64,000 bases of DNA from an uncultured Desulfobacter sp. Lineage in GTDB: Bacteria; Desulfobacterota; Desulfobacteria; Desulfobacterales; Desulfobacteraceae. Under the pieces are notes generated by a model. It did not search any database and was not told the DNA's origin. It was given only the letters and a program-made list of their open reading frames with translations. Position numbers and translations under genes: made by a program. Positions 38,666 through 48,283 of the stretch are shown here, piece after piece (the stretch's first letter is position 1; each line of letters begins with the position of its first letter). The stretch covers positions 2,368,001 to 2,432,000 of the forward strand of contig OY762069.1 in the NCBI GenBank assembly GCA_963665095.1. The letters run 5' to 3'.

Positions 38666-41073
38666 TGGGTTACCTCTTTGGTTAAATGGGGCCGCGTCTG
38701 TGCAGCCTGTTCAGGTATGGTTTCAGGCCCAAAGGCTTTCAGGGCTTTGAGCAGGACCGGGGTGACAAAATAATCGGACAACAATGCTGTCATGATGCCG
38801 GTGCCGGTGAAAACGCCCATGAAAATCAGGACTTTTGCCGGCGAGCTCAGATAAACACTGAAGTTGGCCGTCAGGATCACGGAGGTGAACAGCAGCGGAA
38901 TCCCGATGGCGCTGAAGGTGTGCCGGATAGCGTGGGCATAATCGCGTTTCTGCTCAAAGGCCAGCTTGGCATGGTTGATAAAATGGATGGTGTCGTCCAC
39001 GGCAAGGCCCAGCAGCATGGGCATAATGGTGATGGTCATCATGTCCAGGGGCACCCCCATCCAGCCCATGAGCCCGCCCACGGCCAGGGCCGGGGTGATA
39101 TTGGGAATCATGGCGATAAGCCCGGTTTTAAGACTGGAAAATACCAGGACCATCAGGCCTGTAATCACGCAGATGGCAATGAGAAACGATGTGAGCTGGC
39201 CCTTGGACACAATATCCTGCATCACGGTGAACTGGGCCACGGAGCCTGCCAGGGTCACATTGGCCCCGGGAAAAAGAGTATGAGCCTTTTCAGTGATAAG
39301 ATGAAGTTCCCGGTGGACCTCCACCGTGTTGTAATCACTGATATCCACGGTCATACGCAGGCGCCGGTACTCGTAATCAATCCATTTCTCTGCCTCCCGC
39401 CCCCCGGCATTTTCATACAGCAGCATGATCTGGGCCACCATCTGTCGGGTGTCGGGAATGGCGAAATAGTTGGGATCCCCGTCATGGAGCACCTGGTTCA
39501 TATCCTTGATGATCTCGGTGATGGATGAAATCTGTTTGGTCAAAGGATAGGTTCTGGCTTCCTGTTCCAGCAGGTCCAGCTTTTTTAAGTTTTCCGGTTC
39601 CCTGGCCTGATTTTCATCCGGGAACTCCACCACCAGGTTGTAAGAATAAAGCGCACCCAGCGGCGAACTGCACACCTGGTCCAGGCGGTTGACATAGGGC
39701 ACCTTCAGCCCCATGTTTTTGCGGATGTCAAAATTGACCTCAAAATAGCGCAGGCCGGCCACAGCGACCAGGATAACCAGGGAAAATACCACCATGATGG
39801 GAACTGGCCGGCTCAGAACCAGGTTGGCCAGCTTTGCCATGAAGTTTTCCAGCCAGACATTGGAGTGCAGCCGGATCTGTTTTACATCCCGGTCTTTGCC
39901 AAAGCAGAGCAGTGCCGGAATCATGATGATCACCATTAAAAAGATAATGGTGACCAGCAGTGAGGTGGAGGACCCGATCCATCGCACAGGTTTCACATCC
40001 ACAAAATGAAAGGAGAAAAGCGCCCCCACCGTGGTAAGGGCGGTGAACAGTATAGGCCAGCCCGTCTCTTTCACGGCCAGGCGCACCGACTCTTTTCGTT
40101 TTCCAGTGGCAAGAAAATACCGCTTGAAAAAGGTAAAAATATGGATGGAGTACCCAATGGATACGGCAATGCCAAGATAAAGGGGGACCATGATCATGCC
40201 CACGTCAATGGGCTTGCCGATCCAGCCAAGAATACCAAAGGTCAGGATCACGGAACCGGCCGTGACGATCACGGTCATGGCGATCCCTTTAATGGAACGT
40301 AATGCAAGGGTGAGGACCACCAGGGAGACAATCAGGGAGAGCCCCATGGTCCGGGACATCTCTTTTTTAAAAAACGCGGTTTTGTCATGGGCAATGATGG
40401 GCATACCTGACGATTTAGGGCTTAAAGACGCATATTTCTCCTGGCGGATGATGGTGGTGGCCGCTTTGCCCACCACCATTTCAGCGGATTTATGATCTTT
40501 GCTGCGCCACCCTTGCGGGTATGGGGTCAGCCTCAGGATAATCCAGGAAAACCGGCCGTCCGGGGAGATCAGTTTGCCGTTGAGCAGGCGTTTGGAGAGG
40601 ATCTGCGCCTTAACGCCCTCAAGGGCCTCGCGCTCCCGGGGGACGGGGTCGGGCACCGGCGTAATTATCTCAATGCCCCCTTCACGGCCCAAAGAAAATT
40701 CGCAGTCCGTGATGGACATGATATCATCGGCAAAGGGCACCTGGGTTTTTAACTCTTTGCCCAGGGACCGGATCATCCCTAAAGTGTCCGGGTCAAACAT
40801 ATGGTCGGACTGAACCAGCACGCCCACATAGTCGTTGTTGCCGAAGATCTCTTTAAACTCATCCTCAGCCATTTTCAGTTTGGAACTATCCAGAAGCCAC
40901 TTGTCCCAGCCGGCATCGGTCTGAATTCTTTTTAAACCTGTCACCCCGAACACCAGGGCCAGGATAAACACGGCCACCACTGCGTAGCGCAGCCGGATAA
41001 TCAGGCTGCCGAACCGTTCAAATATCTGGTTGATCTTGTTGATACTGATCCCATTTATACAGATCATAGTCAC
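38662..41073 (-). CDS. MMPL/RND family transporter
   Basis: Two TM bundles separated by large soluble loops; GLAVDDTIH, FTALTT and IPNITP motifs. Confidence 0.9.
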   Translation of the reverse strand: MTMICINGISINKINQIFERFGSLIIRLRYAVVAVFILALVFGVTGLKRIQTDAGWDKWLLDSSKLKMAEDEFKEIFGNNDYVGVLVQSDHMFDPDTLGMIRSLGKELKTQVPFADDIMSITDCEFSLGREGGIEIITPVPDPVPREREALEGVKAQILSKRLLNGKLISPDGRFSWIILRLTPYPQGWRSKDHKSAEMVVGKAATTIIRQEKYASLSPKSSGMPIIAHDKTAFFKKEMSRTMGLSLIVSLVVLTLALRSIKGIAMTVIVTAGSVILTFGILGWIGKPIDVGMIMVPLYLGIAVSIGYSIHIFTFFKRYFLATGKRKESVRLAVKETGWPILFTALTTVGALFSFHFVDVKPVRWIGSSTSLLVTIIFLMVIIMIPALLCFGKDRDVKQIRLHSNVWLENFMAKLANLVLSRPVPIMVVFSLVILVAVAGLRYFEVNFDIRKNMGLKVPYVNRLDQVCSSPLGALYSYNLVVEFPDENQAREPENLKKLDLLEQEARTYPLTKQISSITEIIKDMNQVLHDGDPNYFAIPDTRQMVAQIMLLYENAGGREAEKWIDYEYRRLRMTVDISDYNTVEVHRELHLITEKAHTLFPGANVTLAGSVAQFTVMQDIVSKGQLTSFLIAICVITGLMVLVFSSLKTGLIAMIPNITPALAVGGLMGWMGVPLDMMTITIMPMLLGLAVDDTIHFINHAKLAFEQKRDYAHAIRHTFSAIGIPLLFTSVILTANFSVYLSSPAKVLIFMGVFTGTGIMTALLSDYFVTPVLLKALKAFGPETIPEQAAQTRPHLTKEVTQ

Positions 41074-41078
41074 ATTCC

Positions 41079-42299
41079 TTAAAAATGATACTTTATCTTT
41101 GTCCAGACCTGGGTATTGTCTTTATACCGGCCATAGCTTCCGGTCCGGTCTCCGGCAAAGATGTCGGTGCCCAGGAACACTTCCAGGTTGTCGATGAACT
41201 GATATTCTGCTGTCAGCCGGACCAGGCGGTCCTTTAGGTCAATGTCCAGATACCCGAAGGCCGACAGGGTCAATTTTTCCCTGAACAGGTCCTTTGACAG
41301 ACTTACAGTAAAATTTTTCGTGCAGTCGCTCTCCGTCAACCCTGCCCCGGCATCAAGGATATGGTCCTGGGCGTACTGAAAACAGAGGGTCCAGTCGTTT
41401 CCCGGATACCAGTCCAGACCTGTGAGCCACTTGACCCGGTCTTTTTCATCGGTGAAGTAGTCACTGTCGTATCCCTGGACCAGGCTGCCGGCCAAAAAGG
41501 CGGTTTCAACCCGGAAGACAAGCTCACCAACGGGTTTGGAAAATTCCGCCCCAAGGATGTGCACCCGGTCAAACACCGGTTCCAGTACGATGCCGGAACG
41601 CTTATAACAGGGGAAATCATTCCAGGTGTAAAAATAGGAAAGCGCCAGATCCATACCGGACAGGTACAGGGCATACCGCAACGCCAGCTCACTGTCGTTA
41701 ATGGGGTCATCGGGTTCTTCTGATTTAAGCACGGGATTATTCCCGTATCCGCCCAGGTACCATGGGCTGTTTGTGGCGGGCTGTTCCCCGGATTTATAGA
41801 CGGGAATCCATAGAAACTGGAGATCCCCCCACCCCGAGGCATATTTGATATTCAGAGCATCCACGGCCATACGCATCTCATCAAAATCCCGGGTGATGGT
41901 TTCGGTGTAGTCCAAAGGTGAGACATTATCCACGATGCGGATGCCGTCGGCCTGGCCCCAGATGATGATCTGGCGGCCGGCCCGGATGGTGGCAGCCCCC
42001 AAAGTATAATCCAGGTACCCCTCATGCAGGCTGACCCCGGATTCGTCCCTGCCCAAAAGATGGTTGGCAGACAGGTTGGCGGCACCGAAAAACATGAACT
42101 CCCCCTGACAGGCGGTCAGCTCAAGCCGTGCCAGGGTTTCCGAGGCCAGGGTGTGGTGGGGCTCTTTGACCTGGAAATTATGCCGGGTCTCCAGAAAACC
42201 TGAAAATTCCGTATCCATGGCCATCAGGGATGGCGGGGCGAGCAGGGCCGTGACAACAAAAACCGCCAGGCCTAAAATTCCTTTAACAACTGCATTCAC
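41079..42299 (-). CDS. DUF1302-like outer-membrane beta-barrel protein
   Basis: Signal peptide; GRQIIIWGQADG; C-terminal KIKYHF; position between LolA-like and MMPL genes. Confidence 0.75.
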   Translation of the reverse strand: MNAVVKGILGLAVFVVTALLAPPSLMAMDTEFSGFLETRHNFQVKEPHHTLASETLARLELTACQGEFMFFGAANLSANHLLGRDESGVSLHEGYLDYTLGAATIRAGRQIIIWGQADGIRIVDNVSPLDYTETITRDFDEMRMAVDALNIKYASGWGDLQFLWIPVYKSGEQPATNSPWYLGGYGNNPVLKSEEPDDPINDSELALRYALYLSGMDLALSYFYTWNDFPCYKRSGIVLEPVFDRVHILGAEFSKPVGELVFRVETAFLAGSLVQGYDSDYFTDEKDRVKWLTGLDWYPGNDWTLCFQYAQDHILDAGAGLTESDCTKNFTVSLSKDLFREKLTLSAFGYLDIDLKDRLVRLTAEYQFIDNLEVFLGTDIFAGDRTGSYGRYKDNTQVWTKIKYHF

Positions 42300-43123
42300 C
42301 GCAGATGTCCGCGACTGATGGTATTCACACTGAAAAACCCGTCATCCACACCGGTGTTGTATTCAACGTCCGACAGGGTCATCAGCGTGGTGTGTTTCTC
42401 CCGGTGATTCTCCATTTTGATCTTATAGGTTGTCCAGAATCCCTGGTGTTGGCGCAAATCTTCCACAGTATAGGTCTTGATCAGGCCCTGGGCGTCGTAA
42501 TATTCGCCTTTGATGGTTTTGTGGGCCGTTTGGGACACCCATAAAATTTTTTCATCGTAAAGACTGTCCTCTTCTCTGGGAATGGATTTGATTTTCCAGC
42601 AGACCTGGCCGTTCATGGTCTCTTCACCTATCAGGGTATGATCGTCCTCATCCACGTTGCGGTCCCCCATGTCGTCATAGGTGAAATCCGAGCCCATGAA
42701 ATAGTCGTTGGTGGAAGCCCCTGAAATTCTCCGGACCTTTCTGAGCGCCGGCATGTAAAGCCACTTGTCATCGTCCCTGGAAGGATCATCATATTCCCAG
42801 GACAAAAAAGCGGTTCCCTTGATATCCCTGGGCTCTTTAAAGGCCATCAGCTTTTTGGTGTCCTTGCCATAATCTTTTCCAAAGGATGACATCACCCGGA
42901 CCCGTTTTTTGTTCCGGCGGTTAATCAGCACCATCTCAATGGTGGATTTTCTGTCATCCCCGTCCGGGGCTTCATCCACCATGACCATGATATCCCGGCC
43001 TGTAAGGGGTTGCGCCCATACAGGGCCGGTCCAGTATATACATATGCCGGAAAAGAAAATCACAGCAGCAGAAAAAGAGACCAAAAGATAAAAACCAAAC
43101 CTTTTTTCCAGCTGGTTTAACAT
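42296..43123 (-). CDS. Outer-membrane lipoprotein-sorting (LolA-like) protein
   Basis: PRDIKGTAFL, DDKWLYMPALRKVRRI and FMGSDFTYDDM motifs. Confidence 0.88.
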   Translation of the reverse strand: MLNQLEKRFGFYLLVSFSAAVIFFSGICIYWTGPVWAQPLTGRDIMVMVDEAPDGDDRKSTIEMVLINRRNKKRVRVMSSFGKDYGKDTKKLMAFKEPRDIKGTAFLSWEYDDPSRDDDKWLYMPALRKVRRISGASTNDYFMGSDFTYDDMGDRNVDEDDHTLIGEETMNGQVCWKIKSIPREEDSLYDEKILWVSQTAHKTIKGEYYDAQGLIKTYTVEDLRQHQGFWTTYKIKMENHREKHTTLMTLSDVEYNTGVDDGFFSVNTISRGHLR

Positions 43124-43148
43124 GCTCGTTCCTTTAGTTACGGTTAAA

Positions 43149-43164
43149 GTTAGAGTCTCCTAAC
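43149..43164. promoter_or_regulatory. Palindromic operator candidate GTTAG-N6-CTAAC
   Basis: GTTAGAGTCTCCTAAC about 25 nt upstream of the LolA-like start; related sites at 48228 and 51684. Confidence 0.5.
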
Positions 43165-43225
43165 ATGATCCGGCCATAGACTTCTACCCGGATCGGGAGC
43201 ATTTATGCCCGGATCGGGAATCAAT

Positions 43226-45331
43226 TCAGAATCTGTAAGTAACAGTTATGCCGAACATCCTTGGATCACCGTTTTGGGCCACACCAATGGGTTCGCTGGC
43301 ACCATAATCAAAGGTGGAGGTGTAATACGCCTCATCAAAGGCGTTTTTACACCACAGGATCACATCATATTTTTCCGCTTCATATCCAATTCGCAGGTTA
43401 ACCAGGCAGTAGTCCCCGAATTTGACATGATCATCATTCTGCACATTACCGTACATCTCTCCTGTGCCCAGGAAATCCACCCGGCCGAAGAATCCGGATT
43501 TATGGCGGTACTGGGTACCCAAACTGTATGTGTAGTCCGGGGTATTGGGCATTTTATTTCCTGAGAAGTCTGTGGTTGTGCTGTCCCACTCATCAATTTC
43601 AGCATCAATATATCCAAACGTGGCAAACACGTCCCATCCCTTTGCCGGTTTTGCCTGAAGTTCAAGCTCAATCCCTTTGGAATGGGCCTTGGCCGCATTT
43701 GAAATGGATGCAATGGCCCCACCGGCCGTATACTGGGAGATCTGTTTATCTTTCATGGAAATATAATAGAGGGATGCATTGGCAATAAGGCGTTTATCAA
43801 ACCAGTCTGTCTTAACCCCAACCTCGTAATTCCAGGTGTATTCCGGGTCATACACAAAACTTGCCCTGTCAGTTGCCTGGGCATAGTTGTACCCGCCTTC
43901 AAGATATCCTTTGGCCACAGAGGCATAGGCCATGGCGTTTGAATTGACATCACAGGAGAGTACCACCTTGGGCAGCCACTGGCCAAAATCAAGATCCTTG
44001 CTGTAATCGGCAGAAATATCATTGTAGGACCAGTCATATCCGGCCAGGTTCTGGCTTCCCTCAAGGTCTACGTAGTCATATCTCATCCCGCCGGTGAGAT
44101 GAAGCCGGTTAAAGAATGTATATGTGGCGTTTACAAAGGCGGCCGCGCCGTTTTTCTCAACCTGTGTCTGCCTGACCTGCATGCCGTCAAATTTTGAAAA
44201 ATCAATATCTGTTTTTTCATTGAACCCATATACACCCAAAAGCCATTCAAACGGACCTGAACTCTCTTTTGAAGAGATCCGCACCTCCTGACTTAAAAAC
44301 CGGTCATCAAAATCCCAGGTATTTTTCCCATAATTTTCCACGCCCACCCCGCTGCCAAGGCAGGAATACTGGTCATACGCCCTGTGGCCGGTGACAGACA
44401 CAAGGTCAAAGGCATCGGCTTCATACTCAACCTTTAACGCCTGGCCAGACCCTTCCTGGTCAAGGGTGGAATCATAAAAGCCCCTCATCTCAGTGGGGTT
44501 GTCGTTTTTCAGTCCGTCATCGCTTGTAAATATTCTGTACAGGCCCTGCCCGTCGTCATATTCAAACACATCGGCGGTCAGTAAGACAGACAGTTTGTCA
44601 CTGGGAAGCCATAAAGCATCAGCCTTGATGTTCCTTCTGTCTGTTCGTGCGGCATCCTCGTCTCCGGTTCTTGTGTTTTTCATGAACCCGTCACTTTTGA
44701 TCCCCTGGGCGTCAATGCCTATAAAAAACCGGTCCTTGACAACCGGGATATCTAAACCCACACCAACCTGATACTCGGGTACCGTACCGTGGGAGGTGTC
44801 ATACATGCCGCAGGTGGCCTTGACCATCCCGCCGAACTGGTTTGACGGCTCCCGTGTGACAATGTTCAACACCCCGGATTCCGTGTTTCTGCCGTAAAGA
44901 GTTCCCTGGGGACCCCTTAGGAATTCCACCCGTTCAACATCCAAAAGCTCCAGATTGTGCATGAACTGAAGCGGGTAGTTTATGCCGTCAATATAAACGC
45001 CCACAGGCCCGATGGTGGCCCCGTCCACGGAAGAAACCCCTCTGACCACCATGATATTTTCCATGGTGGCCTGTTTGAAATAAACATTGGGGACAAGTCT
45101 TATAAGATCCGGCGTATTGTCGATGCCGGCATCCTCGAGCGCCATGGCATCAAAGGCATCCATACTGATGGGCACCTGCTGCTCATCTGCCTTTGTTTTT
45201 TCCGCTGTCACGGTAAGGGTTTCCACCTGGACGACCTCACCCTGAGAGGCCTTTCCGCTACTGGCCCATGCCGGCACTCCCGTCATAATAAAAACAAGCA
45301 CCATTAAGAATACTGTTCGTTTTTTCATCAT
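43226..45331 (-). CDS. TonB-dependent receptor (FyuA-like)
   Basis: TonB box ETLTVTAEK; ERVEFLRGPQGTLYGRN; C-terminal TYRF. Confidence 0.93.
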   Translation of the reverse strand: MMKKRTVFLMVLVFIMTGVPAWASSGKASQGEVVQVETLTVTAEKTKADEQQVPISMDAFDAMALEDAGIDNTPDLIRLVPNVYFKQATMENIMVVRGVSSVDGATIGPVGVYIDGINYPLQFMHNLELLDVERVEFLRGPQGTLYGRNTESGVLNIVTREPSNQFGGMVKATCGMYDTSHGTVPEYQVGVGLDIPVVKDRFFIGIDAQGIKSDGFMKNTRTGDEDAARTDRRNIKADALWLPSDKLSVLLTADVFEYDDGQGLYRIFTSDDGLKNDNPTEMRGFYDSTLDQEGSGQALKVEYEADAFDLVSVTGHRAYDQYSCLGSGVGVENYGKNTWDFDDRFLSQEVRISSKESSGPFEWLLGVYGFNEKTDIDFSKFDGMQVRQTQVEKNGAAAFVNATYTFFNRLHLTGGMRYDYVDLEGSQNLAGYDWSYNDISADYSKDLDFGQWLPKVVLSCDVNSNAMAYASVAKGYLEGGYNYAQATDRASFVYDPEYTWNYEVGVKTDWFDKRLIANASLYYISMKDKQISQYTAGGAIASISNAAKAHSKGIELELQAKPAKGWDVFATFGYIDAEIDEWDSTTTDFSGNKMPNTPDYTYSLGTQYRHKSGFFGRVDFLGTGEMYGNVQNDDHVKFGDYCLVNLRIGYEAEKYDVILWCKNAFDEAYYTSTFDYGASEPIGVAQNGDPRMFGITVTYRF

Positions 45332-45551
45332 TGTTTTCCTCTCCTTTTCACGGGTTAAAAATCACAAACTCAAACCGCATGAATAGCAGAAGATGATATA
45401 AACAATTTTCACATTAGTACACTTTACTTGCTGTAAAATACATTTTTTGATTTTGTAGACTTTAAGCATTGCAGAAGTCATGAGGATCTCAGTTTGCGGA
45501 ACTCAAGCTTGATTGGTGTACACCGAAGATCTTTTTTTGTATGTGTTTTTC

Positions 45552-46499
45552 TCAAGGACGATTCGATTTAGAAACTCCATGGCGAACCATTTCGGCATAT
45601 TTACTTGGTGGAACACCATAGCGGGCACGAAATGCCCGGGAAAAATGGCTGGAGCTGGCGAACCCGACCATCAGGGCGATCTGGGTCAGATTTTTATCCT
45701 GTTCAAAAAGCATCTGCTTTGCCCGCTTCAGACGCAAATTCCTGACACAGGCCCCAGGTGTTGTACCGAAAACCTGGCTGAATCCGTTAATCAGCTTGGT
45801 TCTTGACATGCCCACATGCCTGGAAAGCTCACAAAGCCCCAGAGGATTCTCCAGGTTGGCACTCAGCAGCTCCTTTGCCAGGTAAAGCCGGTCGACATCC
45901 TCTTTTTTCAAAGGGGGGCGCTTATCAGATTTTTGTTCACCGCAGGACACTGCCATCTCATTGAGCTTGCAGGCAATCAGCTCCATGATTTTGGCTTCAA
46001 CAAAATATTTTGCCGCAATGCCCTGGTAGGGGCAGTGAAGCATCTGGGTCATCAACTGCCGCATCCTTGGGGTAATCGGTCCCGGGATCCTGAAAGGGTC
46101 AGGCGTTTTTCTTATGGCAAGCTTTTGGACGCACAAAGGAAAAATTTGTGCATCGGATTCCACCATTTCGCAAAGAAGCTCATCGGGAACATTCACGCTC
46201 ATGCGCCACACCCCTTCTTTGGATGAGGTCTGGGACCTTACCTTGATTTCAGGAAAATAGTAGACAGCACTTTGCCCGCCCCGGATCTCAAATTCATCCT
46301 TAAAGCACGACACCCGGCTTCTGGTGAACCCGCTGAGGCAAAAGCCGAATCCAAACACCGGCGTTTCCGTTTCAAGACAGGAAACTATGGTTTCTCCCCG
46401 GGTATAGTGCATCAGTTCAACTTTGATCCCCGAAGAAAGGGTAATCGCCCGGTAGGGAGATACGCCTCCGCCTTTGGCATCCTTTTTTTCCGGATTCAC
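45552..46499 (-). CDS. AraC family regulator (PchR/YbtA-like)
   Basis: CPYQG...EAKIMEL, GFSQVFGTT and VGFASSSHFSRAF motifs. Confidence 0.9.
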   Translation of the reverse strand: MNPEKKDAKGGGVSPYRAITLSSGIKVELMHYTRGETIVSCLETETPVFGFGFCLSGFTRSRVSCFKDEFEIRGGQSAVYYFPEIKVRSQTSSKEGVWRMSVNVPDELLCEMVESDAQIFPLCVQKLAIRKTPDPFRIPGPITPRMRQLMTQMLHCPYQGIAAKYFVEAKIMELIACKLNEMAVSCGEQKSDKRPPLKKEDVDRLYLAKELLSANLENPLGLCELSRHVGMSRTKLINGFSQVFGTTPGACVRNLRLKRAKQMLFEQDKNLTQIALMVGFASSSHFSRAFRARYGVPPSKYAEMVRHGVSKSNRP

Positions 46500-46725
46500 T
46501 GTCTTTCCTTAATTTATGGTCTAAATGCCCAAAACCGCGGAACAAATGCGGGCAGTTCACACTATTTTTGTGATAAATAGCCGCCTTTGTAAGGCGTGTC
46601 AAATATATTTTGATATTTATGCCCTATACATCCATTGATCAACAGTATTGCTTTTCCTCCTTAATAGGGTGAAAATTTAAAATCGAAGTTGCACATTGCA
46701 CCATTTTTATGATATATCCGGTTCC

Positions 46726-47904
46726 ATGACACTCATTCAAAGATCCATAGCGCCTGTAATTCGGTCTCTGGCAGTCCAATATCCGGTTGTAACCATCACC
46801 GGGCCGCGGCAGAGCGGGAAAACAACGATCTGCAGGCAAATTTTCAAAGACAAACCCTATGCGAACCTGGAATTTCCTGATACCCGGCAGTTTGCAATGG
46901 ATGATCCCAGAGGATTTCTCGCCCAGTTCCCAAACGGAGCGGTAATTGATGAAATACAGCGAGCCCCGGATTTGACATCGTATATTCAGCCAATGGTTGA
47001 TGAGAATCCAGGCGCAGGGCAGTACATTTTGACCGGCAGTCAGCAATTTGAAGTACGTTCCAGTGTCAATCAATCCCTTGCAGGACGTTCGGCTCTGGTG
47101 AGACTGCTTGCCTTTGATCTCAATGAAATTTCATCCGGCTATGAGGTGCCGGATTCCAATGAACTGCTGTATAAGGGGTTCTATCCCCGAATTTGGGATC
47201 AGGGCCTGAATCCGACCCAGGCGCTTGGTGATTATTACGAAACCTATATCGAACGGGATTTGCGGCAGCTTGTTACCATCAAGGATTTGAATCTGTTTCA
47301 GAAATTTATCAAATTGTGTGCCGGGCGTATCGGACAACTGCTGAATGTGAGTTCCCTTGCCAACGACACCGGCGTGTCCCATACCACGGCATCCAACTGG
47401 ATTTCCATTTTAGAAGCCAGTTTCATTCTTTTTCTTCTGAATCCGTACCATGCAAACATCTCCAAGCGACTGGTCAAATCCCCTAAATTGTATTTTTATG
47501 ATGTGGGGCTTGCCTCGTTTCTGCTGGGCATAGAAACCATGGAACAAATTTTCAGAGACCCGTTGCGCGGCAATCTTTTTGAAAACATGATCATTGCCGA
47601 GGCATTAAAATTCCGCTTTAACCAGGGCAAACGCAGCAATCTATATTTTTACCGTGACAGCAAGGGAAACGAAGTGGATCTTCTATTTTCATCCGGCTCC
47701 ATGCTGTTCCCTGTTGAAATCAAGTCAGGAATGACTGTCACCCGTGATTATTTCAAGGGTTTGAACCATTTTAAAACCCTGTTTGAACCCCAGATGCCCA
47801 ATGGCGGCGGCCTGGTTTACGACGGCATTGACGCCCAGAACCGCTCTGATGTTTCGGTCGTTCCCCTTGACAGGCTTTATCAGCTTTTCGGCCGGGTATG
47901 TTAA
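46726..47904 (+). CDS. AAA+ ATPase (AAA_14 + DUF4143)
   Basis: GPRQSGKT, IDEIQ, LTGSQ, KSPKLYFYDVG and EVDLL...VEIK motifs. Confidence 0.9.
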   Translation: MTLIQRSIAPVIRSLAVQYPVVTITGPRQSGKTTICRQIFKDKPYANLEFPDTRQFAMDDPRGFLAQFPNGAVIDEIQRAPDLTSYIQPMVDENPGAGQYILTGSQQFEVRSSVNQSLAGRSALVRLLAFDLNEISSGYEVPDSNELLYKGFYPRIWDQGLNPTQALGDYYETYIERDLRQLVTIKDLNLFQKFIKLCAGRIGQLLNVSSLANDTGVSHTTASNWISILEASFILFLLNPYHANISKRLVKSPKLYFYDVGLASFLLGIETMEQIFRDPLRGNLFENMIIAEALKFRFNQGKRSNLYFYRDSKGNEVDLLFSSGSMLFPVEIKSGMTVTRDYFKGLNHFKTLFEPQMPNGGGLVYDGIDAQNRSDVSVVPLDRLYQLFGRVC

Positions 47905-48227
47905 TATCCATGTCCAGTCAAATTTTGAATCTGTTCAGTTGGCGACAAGCTTGATTTTTTAACATGCCGTTGCCCTGCCCCGCCTGTACCAAAATCAAAC
48001 CCTCAGATACAAGACCCTGTCCCGCTTCCATGGTATGTCATGCCCCATGGAAGATAAAAAGATAACAAACGGGTTAGTACGGCTGGATGAATTTACCGCG
48101 CCTTTCCAGGGGCGGTATCTGGCATCGGCGGCCCAGAGTTTATCGGTATACGAGAAACCTCGGCGGGATGGGAAATTTAAAAGCGGCAAACCATAACAGG
48201 ACAGGCCGGCTTTTTTTTAAAATTTAA

Positions 48228-48243
48228 GTTAGTTTTTACTTAT
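48228..48243. promoter_or_regulatory. Degenerate GTTAG-N6-CTAAC-like site upstream of TonB receptor
   Basis: GTTAGTTTTTACTTAT. Confidence 0.35.
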
Positions 48244-48283
48244 TTTGTATTAATGTACAGACAAAAGAAGAGGGGATAAAAAA

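Noticed and set aside
45397..45411. Fur-box-like sequences upstream of the TonB receptor (and near 57905-57930)
   Set aside because: Only partial matches in AT-rich DNA; not distinguishable from chance without a PWM scan.
47995..48197. Possible AraC remnant upstream of the second TonB receptor
   Set aside because: Only a faint FTAPFQGRY resemblance; insufficient support.
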